DNA of 35,815 nt. Origin: Luminiphilus sp. (GTDB taxonomy: Bacteria > Pseudomonadota > Gammaproteobacteria > Pseudomonadales > Halieaceae). The position numbers and the translations under genes are program-made. Positions 1-11,019 of this stretch are shown in pieces. Position 1 is the stretch's first letter. Each line of letters begins with the position of its first letter. The DNA is taken from positions 1-35,815 of the forward strand of contig JAKMEU010000135.1 in assembly GCA_022425845.1 (NCBI GenBank). The letters run 5' to 3'. The notes under the pieces are model-generated. The model did not search any database. It was not told the origin of the DNA and worked only from the letters and a program-made list of their open reading frames with translations.

Positions 1-84
1 CACACGGTTGTCTACCTGCCCCACCGGCATCGCAACGGTGCGTAGTCGAGGATCTGGAAATTCTAGGATGGATAGTATTGCCAT
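1..84 (-). CDS. def: Peptide deformylase, 5' portion (runs off the window edge)
   Basis: Not in the ORF track. The reverse strand from ATG at 84 reads [28 protein letters not shown], the typical Def N-terminus (IL-x-xPDPRLR). It is divergent from LysM-dprA, the usual arrangement. Confidence 0.92.
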   Translation of the reverse strand, partial: MAILSILEFPDPRLRTVAMPVGQVDNRV

Positions 85-173
85 GGTTCGGGCCGCGACG
101 TCGAGGTGGTCTGGAACGGTATAAGGTGGCAGCATTTGCGCTTGCCAGCACGCATCCGTGGGATCAAACTGGG

Positions 174-179
174 ATTATA
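174..179 (-). promoter_or_regulatory. Candidate sigma70 -10 element for def
   Basis: ATTATA on + reads TATAAT on -, about 90 bp upstream of the def start. No convincing -35. Confidence 0.35.
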
Positions 180-365
180 ACGCCTGTGCAGCGATGGCGT
201 CGCGAAATCGCCCCGGGGAAATAGCGGTCAGAGCTAACCGGCTGCCCCTTTGGCTGACGCTGACCGGGTGGCACAGTGTGAAGACGGCGGTAAGTGAGGC
301 CGGTGTAGAGAAGCCAAAAGACAGTTGCCAGGGATAGGTGCACGGCGCGTGAAAAGAGGAGCTTG

Positions 366-1472
366 ATGGTGAGGCGTTCTGCGAGCAGTTTTAAGAGTCA
401 CGATAAAGGTGTTTCCGCCGCTGCAGTGTTGGTTTTGGCGGTGTGTGTCTGGTTGATGGCGGCGCCCATGGCGTCTCAGGCGCAGCGACCGGACACGGTC
501 CAGCTCAAAAACGACGTACCTTTAACCTATGTGGTCAAGCGAGGGGATACGCTGTGGGATATCAGCGGCATCTACCTGGAGGAACCCTGGCGCTGGCCCG
601 AGTTATGGGACAGCAACCCACAAATCGATAATCCACACCTTATTTACCCAGGGGATGTTCTTTCGCTGCGCTGGGAAGACGGACGACCGCGCTTGGGGCT
701 GGCCAGCCGTGGCGATGTGAAGCTTTCTCCCACGGTGCGCAGCGAATCCCTGGACACCGCGATTCCGCCGATCCCCCGTGACCAGATTGACCCTTTTCTG
801 CGCGCAAATCGGGTGCTTGATCCCGGATTGATGGGCTCGCTGGCCTACGTCATCGCAGGAGACGCAAAGCGGATTATCAGTGGGCTGGGTGACCGTATTT
901 ACGTTCGCGGCCCGATAGACCCTGATGACCGCGCCTTTGGCATCATCAGGGAGGGAAGCATGATTGTAGACCCCATCACCCAGGAGGTTTTGGGCGTGAC
1001 GGCGATCGATATCGGCAGTGCCTCGCTGTTCCCGGGTGAAGAGGCCAGTGCCGCGCCCGAGGCCGTCAAGGAATTGGAAATTACCCGGATGACGGAGGAG
1101 ATCCGCATCGGCGATCGCCTGATTCCGCTGGAGGAGGGCATTCTCGATGCATATTTCCAGCCCAAGGCCCCCAGTGTTCCGGTGGAGAACGGTTTCATGG
1201 TGGCGGTTTCGTCAGGGGTGACCCAGATTGGCCCGATGAACATTGTCACCATCAATCGCGGCGAGCGAGAGGGTCTCGCGTTGGGTGATGTACTGGCTAT
1301 TTACCAGACGGGCGAGGTGGTGAAAGATCCGCTAACCAACGAAATGGTGGCATTGCCCGATGTCCGAGCCGGTGTGCTGATGTTGTTCTCGGTCTACGAT
1401 AAAGCCAGCTACGGATTGGTTCTGACGGCAACCCGCCCACTGGCCGTGGGTGACAAGGTCATGAATCCCTGA
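366..1472 (+). CDS. LysM peptidoglycan-binding exported protein (TsaP-like)
   Basis: Signal-peptide-like N-terminus, then a LysM motif (YVVKRGDTLWDIS...WPELWDSNPQIDNPHLIYPGD). GAGGAG lies upstream of ATG 366. Sits between def and dprA, as TsaP does in Pseudomonas. Confidence 0.85.
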   Translation: MVRRSASSFKSHDKGVSAAAVLVLAVCVWLMAAPMASQAQRPDTVQLKNDVPLTYVVKRGDTLWDISGIYLEEPWRWPELWDSNPQIDNPHLIYPGDVLSLRWEDGRPRLGLASRGDVKLSPTVRSESLDTAIPPIPRDQIDPFLRANRVLDPGLMGSLAYVIAGDAKRIISGLGDRIYVRGPIDPDDRAFGIIREGSMIVDPITQEVLGVTAIDIGSASLFPGEEASAAPEAVKELEITRMTEEIRIGDRLIPLEEGILDAYFQPKAPSVPVENGFMVAVSSGVTQIGPMNIVTINRGEREGLALGDVLAIYQTGEVVKDPLTNEMVALPDVRAGVLMLFSVYDKASYGLVLTATRPLAVGDKVMNP

Positions 1473-1481
1473 CCGGACGGC

Positions 1482-1502
1482 TGGGCAGGGGATAGCTGCC
1501 CA
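1482..1502 (+). promoter_or_regulatory. Hairpin with a GGA-containing loop between LysM and dprA (possible CsrA/RsmA site or RNA stability element)
   Basis: 7-bp stem TGGGCAG/CTGCCCA with loop GGGATAG. No U-tract follows. Confidence 0.35.
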
Positions 1503-1554
1503 AGCTCCCTATTCTCACTGAAATTTGGGTTAATTCAGCTCAAGGAAGAGCGCA

Positions 1555-2696
1555 ATGCCCCACACCCTGGCGGAAAACCCACAGGCAGATAGCCTCTGGC
1601 TGCAGTTCCTGACAACGCATCAAATTGACAGGGAGGCCAAGCGGGACCTGCTAATGGCGGGCTTGACGCCCACGGCCCTGTTGCAGTCAGAAGCGCATCA
1701 GGATTCCCAGATCGCGAGGCTACAACGGCTGCTACGGTCGAATCCAAAGCATGATTTCAGCGGCCGGTTGCGGTTTTCAGCGACGCTGTTACATCTTGGG
1801 GAACAGGCACCCCTCGCGGGGGACGACCGCCGCTACCCGGCATTGCTCGGCGAGCTCTCTGATGCTCCCCTGGCCCTTTTTGTAGCCGGAGACCTGTCCT
1901 GCCTGAATCGACCGGCTATTGCGGTTGTGGGGAGCCGAAACCCCTCACGGGATGGCCTTCGACTTGCGGAGCGGGTGGGCCATGAGTTGGCCGCAGCGGG
2001 TTTTTTGGTTGTCAGTGGCTTGGCAGCAGGCGTCGATGCTGCCGCCCATCGGGGTGCGCTTGCGAGTGGTGGCCAGACATTGGCGGTCATGGCGACTGGC
2101 CTGGATCGCATTTATCCGGCCTGTCACGGTTCGCTGGCCCAGGCCATTGTGCAGCAGGGCGCCCTCGTTACGGAATTTTGTCCGGGGGTATCGCCACATC
2201 GCTGGCACTTCCCGCGACGAAATCGAACTCTCTCAGGCCTGTGTCTGGCAACGGTGGTTATTGAAGCGGGGCGCCCCAGCGGCTCGTTGATTACTGCGAC
2301 GGCAGCCGCCGAGCAGGGTCGTGAGGTTTTTGCCGCTCCCTGGTCGCTGTTCCATAAAAATGGTGCTGGATGCCTGTATTTGCTCAGTGAGGGTGCTCAT
2401 CTTTTGCTCACGCCGGCGAAAATCATTGAACAGATGGGGGGTAGTCTGGCGGGTTGGGCAGCCCTTTCGGAACGTCCGCCGGCAAGTCAACTCGATGCCG
2501 GAGGCGCCGGTCACCTGGTGTTGGGCTTTCGGGAAAAGCAGCTTCTGAGGCTGCTTGGGGATGGTGACATTGACCTTGCGACACTGGTATCGGAGTCAGG
2601 CCTTTCGGTAGACGATGTGCTGACTACGGTGACGCGCCTTGAGCTTGGCGGCTATGTGGCGCAGACTCATGCCGGTTTTAGGGTGCAGAGACACGA

Positions 2697-2700
<4 letters not shown>
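1555..2700 (+). CDS. dprA: DNA-processing protein DprA (Smf)
   Basis: Motifs IAVVGSR, VSGLAAGVDAAAHRGAL, FPRRNRTLSGL, VIEA..SGSLITA..A.EQGREVFA, and a C-terminal winged-helix-like LTRLELGG. Confidence 0.95.
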
Positions 2701-5115
<2,415 letters not shown>

Positions 5116-5118
5116 ACC

Positions 5119-5685
5119 TCAACCCTGGGAATCGTCGAGATATTCCTGTTTGAGGCGAATATAATTTTCTGCGCTGTAGCCAAGAAAGGCCCGTTCGGAA
5201 GCCGATATCTCGCGCATGGGTTTGGCGGGGCTGCCGCCATACAGCCATCCGCTTTCAAGTCGCTTACCGGGCGTGACCAGTGCCCCGCCCGCAATCATGA
5301 CCTCGTCTTCTACGATGGCTCCATCCATTACGATGGCACCCATACCCACCAGCACGCGATCACCCAATGTGCAACCGTGCAGGACAGCCCGGTGCCCCAC
5401 GGTGACCCTCTCGCCAATAACCAGAGGAAAGCCATCGGGGTTGAAGCGGCCTGCGTGGGTAATGTGCAGCACTGAGTTATCCTGAATGTTGGTGCCTTCA
5501 CCAATGCTGATTCGGTGCATGTCTGCACGGATCGAACAATTGCCCCAGATGCTGACGTCATCGCCCAGGGCGATATCCCCCAATACCACGGCGCTGGGGT
5601 CTACCATGACGCGGGCACCGATACGGGGAGAACTGGAGCGCCAAACACGGAGATTGTCTTCGGCACGGTAGGAAACACGGCGCAT
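5119..5685 (-). CDS. Gamma carbonic anhydrase family protein (YrdA-like, hexapeptide repeats)
   Basis: IRAD, TNIQDNSVLH, VTVGHRAVLHGC with the three metal-binding His; left-handed beta-helix repeats. Start trimmed to ATG 5685 (GAGGT upstream). Confidence 0.92.
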   Translation of the reverse strand: MRRVSYRAEDNLRVWRSSSPRIGARVMVDPSAVVLGDIALGDDVSIWGNCSIRADMHRISIGEGTNIQDNSVLHITHAGRFNPDGFPLVIGERVTVGHRAVLHGCTLGDRVLVGMGAIVMDGAIVEDEVMIAGGALVTPGKRLESGWLYGGSPAKPMREISASERAFLGYSAENYIRLKQEYLDDSQG

Positions 5686-5760
5686 TTCAGTTACCTCTGT
5701 TGTAAGAAAAGTGCTATGAATTATCGATAAGGTAACAGACATTAAAGTGGATACCCCGCG

Positions 5761-6030
5761 ATGCCAGAAAAGCCCCCAACGCACCCCCCACGTTTTATTG
5801 CAGGCGCCGTCTGCCCACGTTGTGGTGTGATGGATCGGATCGTCGTGAGTGCCGATGGTGCGCTGCGGACGTGCATCGACTGTGGGTTTGGTGACGAACG
5901 ACCCGCTGACACGCCGGCGCCTGTGGCCACACGGGTGTCCCGGGCCGCCGCGCGCCGGGTTGAAACGCAGTCGGAGGTCGTGCGCTTGCTTGGTCTGGAC
6001 GATGCATCAGAGGAGGTCGGGGACGATTGA
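5761..6030 (+). CDS. YheV-family putative zinc-ribbon protein
   Basis: RFIAGAVCPRC..MD...CIDCGF, two CxxC pairs characteristic of YheV. Confidence 0.85.
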   Translation: MPEKPPTHPPRFIAGAVCPRCGVMDRIVVSADGALRTCIDCGFGDERPADTPAPVATRVSRAAARRVETQSEVVRLLGLDDASEEVGDD

Positions 6031-6128
6031 AGTTGGGCTAATAGCAGTAGCCACTATATATTGTACCCAAGGCTCGATTGGGCCACTACATAAGCACAGT
6101 AAAACGACCGGTGCCGCCCATTCGTGGT

Positions 6129-6193
6129 AATGATAGTGAAAAACACCGCCCGGCCTGTGTTTATCACACCATTTGTTTATAATTCGCGGCGCT
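6129..6193 (+). promoter_or_regulatory. Probable cox operon promoter: inverted repeat over the -35 region, consensus -10 and GC-rich discriminator
   Basis: AATGATAGTGAAAAACAC (6129-6146) and GTGTTTATCACACCATT (6157-6173) form an imperfect inverted repeat. TATAAT is at 6178-6183. The -35 position reads CTGTGT (poor match). Confidence 0.55.
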
Positions 6194-6377
6194 TGAAGTA
6201 CGGCTCCCTGCGGGCGGTGCGGCACAAGCGGGGTAATCGCAGGTTCGAACTGCTTACTCGAATATTTTTTGGGGGAACACCACACCTTCCTGGCAGCCAC
6301 GATCAGCGTGGTATGCCCCCCGTGTGGTCGGTGAATCATCAAGGTGTTTGCCCCAGCGTCACCGTGGAGAGGCTGAC

Positions 6378-7502
6378 ATGCTGTGCAAGAAAATTATGGT
6401 TTTCGCTGGGATTCTACTGTCGTCCCTGCCCTGGGTAGCGCAGGCGCAAAACCAGGTGAATATGTCCCCCGGCGTAACCGAGATCGGTGCGGAAATTTAT
6501 GACCTGCATATGCTCATCATGATCATATGCGTGATTATCGGCCTGCTGGTTTTCGGCGTGATGTTTTACTCCATCATCTATCACAGAAAATCCCGCGGTG
6601 TCGTGCCGTCGCAATTCCATGAAAGCACTAAAGTAGAAATCGCATGGACCGCCGTGCCTTTCTTTATATTGGTGGCTATGGCCGTTCCCGCTACTTCCAC
6701 GCTGCTTGAAGTCTACGACAACGACGAAGCTGAGCTGGATATTCTGATTACCGGTTATCAATGGAAGTGGCGGTACGAGTACCTCGACGCAGCGGGTGAG
6801 CCGGTGGCTTTCTTCTCCAATCTGGCCACGTCACAGGAAGAGATCTACAACACCGAAAGCAAGGGCGAGAACTACCTTCTGGAAGTGGATGAACCGCTCG
6901 TTATCCCGGTCGATACCAAAGTCCGTTTCTTGATTACCGCCAATGACGTTATTCATTCCTGGTGGGTACCCGAGATATCGGTCAAGCGTGATGCCATTCC
7001 GGGGTTCATTAATGAAGCGTGGTCGAAGGTCACCGAGGAAGGCATTTATCGTGGCCAGTGCACCGAGCTTTGTGGTGCTTACCACGGCTTTATGCCAGTG
7101 GTTGTCCATGCGGTCAGTCGAGAGGAGTTTGATGGCTGGATGGCAGCGAAGCGCGCCGAGCAGGCGTCAGACCTCGCGGCGGCCTCTGTGGAGATGAGTC
7201 TTGAGGCGCTGATGTCTGAGGGCGAGGCCGTTTACAACGGTCAGTGTATGGCATGCCACGGCGCAAGTGGCGAGGGCGGTGTTGGAAAAGCCATCGCCGG
7301 CAGTTCCATTGCGTTGGGCGATGTTAACACCCACATGGATGTCAGTATTCGCGGCGTGTCGGGTACCGCCATGCAGGCTTTTGGCACTCAGCTGAGTGAC
7401 ATAGAGATGGCTGCAGTCATCACCTATCAACGAAATGCGTTTGGCAACAATACGGGCGATATCGTGCAGCCCGCAGATGTCGCCAGTTATAAGCAAGGGT
7501 AA
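6378..7502 (+). CDS. coxB: Cytochrome c oxidase subunit II with C-terminal cytochrome c domain
   Basis: Signal peptide, two TM helices, YQWKWRYEY, CuA ligands DVIHSW and CTELCGAYHGFM, then heme c motif CMACH with a distal Met (TAMQAF). GGAGAGG lies before ATG 6378. Confidence 0.96.
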   Translation: MLCKKIMVFAGILLSSLPWVAQAQNQVNMSPGVTEIGAEIYDLHMLIMIICVIIGLLVFGVMFYSIIYHRKSRGVVPSQFHESTKVEIAWTAVPFFILVAMAVPATSTLLEVYDNDEAELDILITGYQWKWRYEYLDAAGEPVAFFSNLATSQEEIYNTESKGENYLLEVDEPLVIPVDTKVRFLITANDVIHSWWVPEISVKRDAIPGFINEAWSKVTEEGIYRGQCTELCGAYHGFMPVVVHAVSREEFDGWMAAKRAEQASDLAAASVEMSLEALMSEGEAVYNGQCMACHGASGEGGVGKAIAGSSIALGDVNTHMDVSIRGVSGTAMQAFGTQLSDIEMAAVITYQRNAFGNNTGDIVQPADVASYKQG

Positions 7503-7521
7503 TTGGAAGAGGTATAGCTAG

Positions 7522-9102
7522 ATGGGCGCTCATCATCACGGTCCCGCCAGAGGTATAACGCGCTGGCTGTTCACCACCAACCACAAAGACATTGGCACGA
7601 TGTACCTGTGGTTTTCATTCGCCATGTTCATCCTGGGTGGCGCATTCGCCATGATTATCAGGGCCGAGCTTTTTCAGCCTGGTATGCAACTGGTGGAGCC
7701 GGGGTTCTTCAACCAAATGACGACCCTGCACGGACTCGTCATGGTGTTTGGCGCCATCATGCCATCCTTTGTGGGACTGGCTAATTGGCTGATCCCCATG
7801 ATGATCGGCGCTCCCGATATGGCCTTGCCCAGAATGAACAACTGGAGTTTCTGGATTCTGCCGCCTGGATTCCTGATGCTGGCTTCAACCCTGTTTATGG
7901 AAGGAGGCGCTCCTGCCTTTGGTTGGACTTTTTATGCGCCGCTCTCCACAACCTATGCCGCGCCGTCCGTCACCTTCTTTATCTTTGCGATCCATGTGCT
8001 GGGGATGTCCTCCATTATGGGGTCGATCAACATCATTGCCACGGTCATGAATATGCGTGCACCGGGCATGTCCTACATGAAACTTCCGCTGTTTGTCTGG
8101 ACCTGGCTCATTACGGCCTTTCTCCTTGTTGCCGTTATGCCGGTGTTGGCCGGGGCCGTCACGATGATGCTCATGGACATTCATTTTGGCACCAGCTTCT
8201 TCTCTGCCGCGGGTGGCGGAGATCCCGTACTCTTCCAGCATATCTTCTGGTTTTTTGGTCACCCTGAGGTCTACATCATCATCCTGCCCGCGTTCGGTGT
8301 GGTGTCCCAGATCATTCCGGCGTTTTCCCGTAAACCTCTGTTTGGCTATGCCTCGATGGTCTACGCTACGGCATCGATCGCGTTTCTTTCATTTATTGTT
8401 TGGGCCCACCACATGTACACCGTCGGTATGCCCGTAGCGGGCGAGCTGTACTTCATGTACGCGACGATGCTGATTGCGGTGCCCACCGGCGTGAAGGTGT
8501 TTAACTGGATCAGCACTATGTGGCGAGGGGCGCTGTCCTTTGAAACGCCCATGCTGTTTTCTATTGGCTTTCTGGTGCTGTTCACGATTGGCGGCTTCAC
8601 CGGGCTCATGCTCTCCATCGCACCAGCCGATTTCCAGTATCACGATACCTATTTCGTGGTCGCCCATTTCCACTATGTGATGGTCGCCGGGGCGGTATTT
8701 TCCATGACCGCAGCCGTATATTTCTGGCTGCCAAAATGGACGGGCCGCATGTACAACGAAACCATGGGCAAAGTGCACTTCTGGATTTCATTCGTCGGCT
8801 TCAATATCACGTTTTTCCCGCAGCACTTTGTGGGTCTTGCCGGCATGCCGCGGCGCGTTCCGGACTATGCACTGCAGTTCGCAGACTTCAACATGATGTC
8901 GTCTATAGGGGCCTTTGTGTACGGAGCTTCACAGATCCTCTTCTTGTACAACGTCATTGCCACCATTGTTGCGGGTGAGAAGGTATCCGACGAGAAAGTC
9001 TGGGATGGTGCCGAAGGGCTTGAGTGGACAGTGCCCACCCCCGCGCCTTATCACACGTTTGAAGTGCCGCCAAAAGTGGGCGCGGCGCCCGCGCACGGCT
9101 GA
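7522..9102 (+). CDS. coxA: Cytochrome c oxidase subunit I, type A1
   Basis: TTNHKDIG, TLHG, D-channel PDMALPRMNN, WFFGHPEVY (A1 signature), WAHHM, K-channel PTGVKVFNW, AHFHY and GMPRR. Confidence 0.98.
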   Translation: MGAHHHGPARGITRWLFTTNHKDIGTMYLWFSFAMFILGGAFAMIIRAELFQPGMQLVEPGFFNQMTTLHGLVMVFGAIMPSFVGLANWLIPMMIGAPDMALPRMNNWSFWILPPGFLMLASTLFMEGGAPAFGWTFYAPLSTTYAAPSVTFFIFAIHVLGMSSIMGSINIIATVMNMRAPGMSYMKLPLFVWTWLITAFLLVAVMPVLAGAVTMMLMDIHFGTSFFSAAGGGDPVLFQHIFWFFGHPEVYIIILPAFGVVSQIIPAFSRKPLFGYASMVYATASIAFLSFIVWAHHMYTVGMPVAGELYFMYATMLIAVPTGVKVFNWISTMWRGALSFETPMLFSIGFLVLFTIGGFTGLMLSIAPADFQYHDTYFVVAHFHYVMVAGAVFSMTAAVYFWLPKWTGRMYNETMGKVHFWISFVGFNITFFPQHFVGLAGMPRRVPDYALQFADFNMMSSIGAFVYGASQILFLYNVIATIVAGEKVSDEKVWDGAEGLEWTVPTPAPYHTFEVPPKVGAAPAHG

Positions 9103-9116
9103 GGAGCGCAGGCACC

Positions 9117-9677
9117 GTGCTGAGGCTGAGCCGTAATCCCGGCGCCGACACCGCCCTCAAGCTGACGGTGGTGGCCTGTGCCATGTTTGCCTTCGTTTTT
9201 GTCGTGATGGTGCCACTGTATAACGTCATGTGTGATGTGCTGGGTATCAACGGAAAGACGTCGGGTACGGCCTATACGGCGGTGCCCGCCGCTGTTGATA
9301 CCAGCCGGGAGATCACGGTGCAGTTCATCGCCACAAACAACGATGGCATGCCCTGGGTATTTCGTCCCGAGGTACGTCAGGTGAAAGTTCATCCTGGCGA
9401 AGCGACGGATACGGTGTTTTACGCGGCCAACCCAACCACTGCAATGATGGTTGCCCAGGCCATACCCAGCGTTACACCCTCACGCGCCGCGGGGTTCTTC
9501 CATAAAACCGAGTGCTTCTGTTTCGACCAGCAGCCTCTTGATGGCAAGGCCTCCGCTCAAATGCCACTGCAATTCGTAGTGGATCAGGATCTTCCTGAGG
9601 ATATTCGTACCATCACTTTGTCTTACACGCTGTTCGACGTCACGGCGATGACGGGGAACAGAGTCGCCGTTCGTTAA
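9117..9677 (+). CDS. ctaG: Cytochrome c oxidase assembly protein CtaG/Cox11 (CuB chaperone)
   Basis: TM helix, VPLYNVMCDVLGING, and the KTECFCF copper motif. Confidence 0.95.
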   Translation: MLRLSRNPGADTALKLTVVACAMFAFVFVVMVPLYNVMCDVLGINGKTSGTAYTAVPAAVDTSREITVQFIATNNDGMPWVFRPEVRQVKVHPGEATDTVFYAANPTTAMMVAQAIPSVTPSRAAGFFHKTECFCFDQQPLDGKASAQMPLQFVVDQDLPEDIRTITLSYTLFDVTAMTGNRVAVR

Positions 9678-9718
9678 AAATACGAACGGCGTCATTACCG
9701 AAATATTGGAGAACCAAA

Positions 9719-10699
9719 ATGGCAGCCACTGAACAGGCACCCCCGGGTTACGAAAAGTACCACGTACCCGACAGTTCCAGCCTTGCAGTCCGCGCCACTG
9801 CCGGCCTGTTGCTCACCGTATTTGGCGGCGGCCTGGTGCTCAATAACATGACGTTTGGTGAGACCCATGAGGCGGGTAACGCGAAATGGGTACTCCTTAT
9901 AGGGCTAGGGTTTTTCATAGCGACCTTGGCCAGCTGGTTCCGAACCACCATTCGCGAAAACATGCAGGGCATGAACAGCGCACAACTGAATCATAGCTAC
10001 GTGCTGGGTATGTTCTGGTTTATCTTCTCTGAGGTCATGTTCTTCGCCGCATTTTTCGGGACATTGTTCTATGTGCGGCAGCTGGCTGGCCCATGGTTGG
10101 CCGGTGAAGGCGAAGGTGGTCGGATGAACGATTTGCTGTGGCCGGGCTTTGAGTTTTCCTGGCCTCCCATGATCACACCCCAGGAAGCCGTAGGGGGCAC
10201 CGATATACAGCCGATTGCCAACAACGGCGCGTTTGTTACCCAGGAGCGCAGCATGAGCTTTGCCGATGCGCACCACTGGTACCAATGGCTGCCTATGTGG
10301 AACACGATCATCCTGCTGTCATCGAGTTTTACCGTGCATGTGGCCCATACTGCGCTGTTGAATGATGAGCGTGCCAAATTTAATCGTTGGCTCGGTATCA
10401 CGGTAGCGCTGGGCATTATTTTTGTCTTTCTTCAGGCGGCGGAATATTACGAGGCTTATGCCCACTTTGGCCTCACGCTCAATTCGGGCATCTATGGGTC
10501 GACCTTTTTTATGTTGACCGGCTTTCACGGTTTTCACGTTGCCATGGGCATGACCATGCTGCTCATCCAACTGATTCGTTCCGTTAAAGGGCATCACTTC
10601 ACGGCTTCGGATCATTTTGGTTTCGAGGCGTCGAGCTGGTATTGGCACTTTGTTGATGTGGTGTGGGTGTTCCTGTTCCTGTTCGTCTATATTCTTTGA
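9719..10699 (+). CDS. coxC: Cytochrome c oxidase subunit III
   Basis: WFIFSEVMFFAAFF, NTIILLSSS, FFMLTGFHGFHV, WYWHFVDVVW. Confidence 0.97.
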   Translation: MAATEQAPPGYEKYHVPDSSSLAVRATAGLLLTVFGGGLVLNNMTFGETHEAGNAKWVLLIGLGFFIATLASWFRTTIRENMQGMNSAQLNHSYVLGMFWFIFSEVMFFAAFFGTLFYVRQLAGPWLAGEGEGGRMNDLLWPGFEFSWPPMITPQEAVGGTDIQPIANNGAFVTQERSMSFADAHHWYQWLPMWNTIILLSSSFTVHVAHTALLNDERAKFNRWLGITVALGIIFVFLQAAEYYEAYAHFGLTLNSGIYGSTFFMLTGFHGFHVAMGMTMLLIQLIRSVKGHHFTASDHFGFEASSWYWHFVDVVWVFLFLFVYIL

Positions 10700-10735
10700 G
10701 CGCAACGAGTAGTCAGGCCAGCGACGGTCGGTAAT

Positions 10736-10990
10736 TTAGTTTGAGTCAGGCGCGCGTTCCTGTCTTTCGATAGTCCCGGCGTCCCAGGGGTTTTTGTGCC
10801 CCAACTGGCCTGTCGCCACGCCAAAGATGATGACCGTGATCAAGCCAGTGGCCAGTGCGAGGCGAATGCCCAGTGATGTAAACAGGCGTTTTTTCGCAAG
10901 GTTGCCCTGGTCCGCCATGAGAAAATAGAGACCGGACCCCAGGCTAATGACCAGTGCCAGCATAAAGAAAACGATCAGTATTTTTAACAC
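10736..10990 (-). CDS. Small twin-transmembrane protein (DUF2909/HIG1-like), cox-cluster associated
   Basis: Two hydrophobic helices with SLGSGLYFLMAD...SLGIRLAL. Lies antisense between coxC and SURF1, the usual position. Confidence 0.8.
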   Translation of the reverse strand: MLKILIVFFMLALVISLGSGLYFLMADQGNLAKKRLFTSLGIRLALATGLITVIIFGVATGQLGHKNPWDAGTIERQERAPDSN

Positions 10991-11019
10991 GTTGCCATCC
11001 TCGGTCGCGGTGAAGGGCT

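Noticed and set aside
6161-6169. TTATCACAC as a DnaA box or origin signal
   Set aside because: It does not match TTATCCACA without a gap, and there is no cluster of boxes.
6239-6253. GCAGGTTCGAACTGC as a tRNA gene or tRNA-derived attachment site
   Set aside because: Only the T-arm-like hairpin is present. There is no acceptor stem, anticodon arm or CCA, and no integrase nearby.
6007-6438. ORFs 6007..6342 (-) and 6124..6438 (+) in the yheV-coxB gap
   Set aside because: No recognisable motifs or SD; they overlap yheV or coxB, and the region is better explained as promoter plus structured leader.
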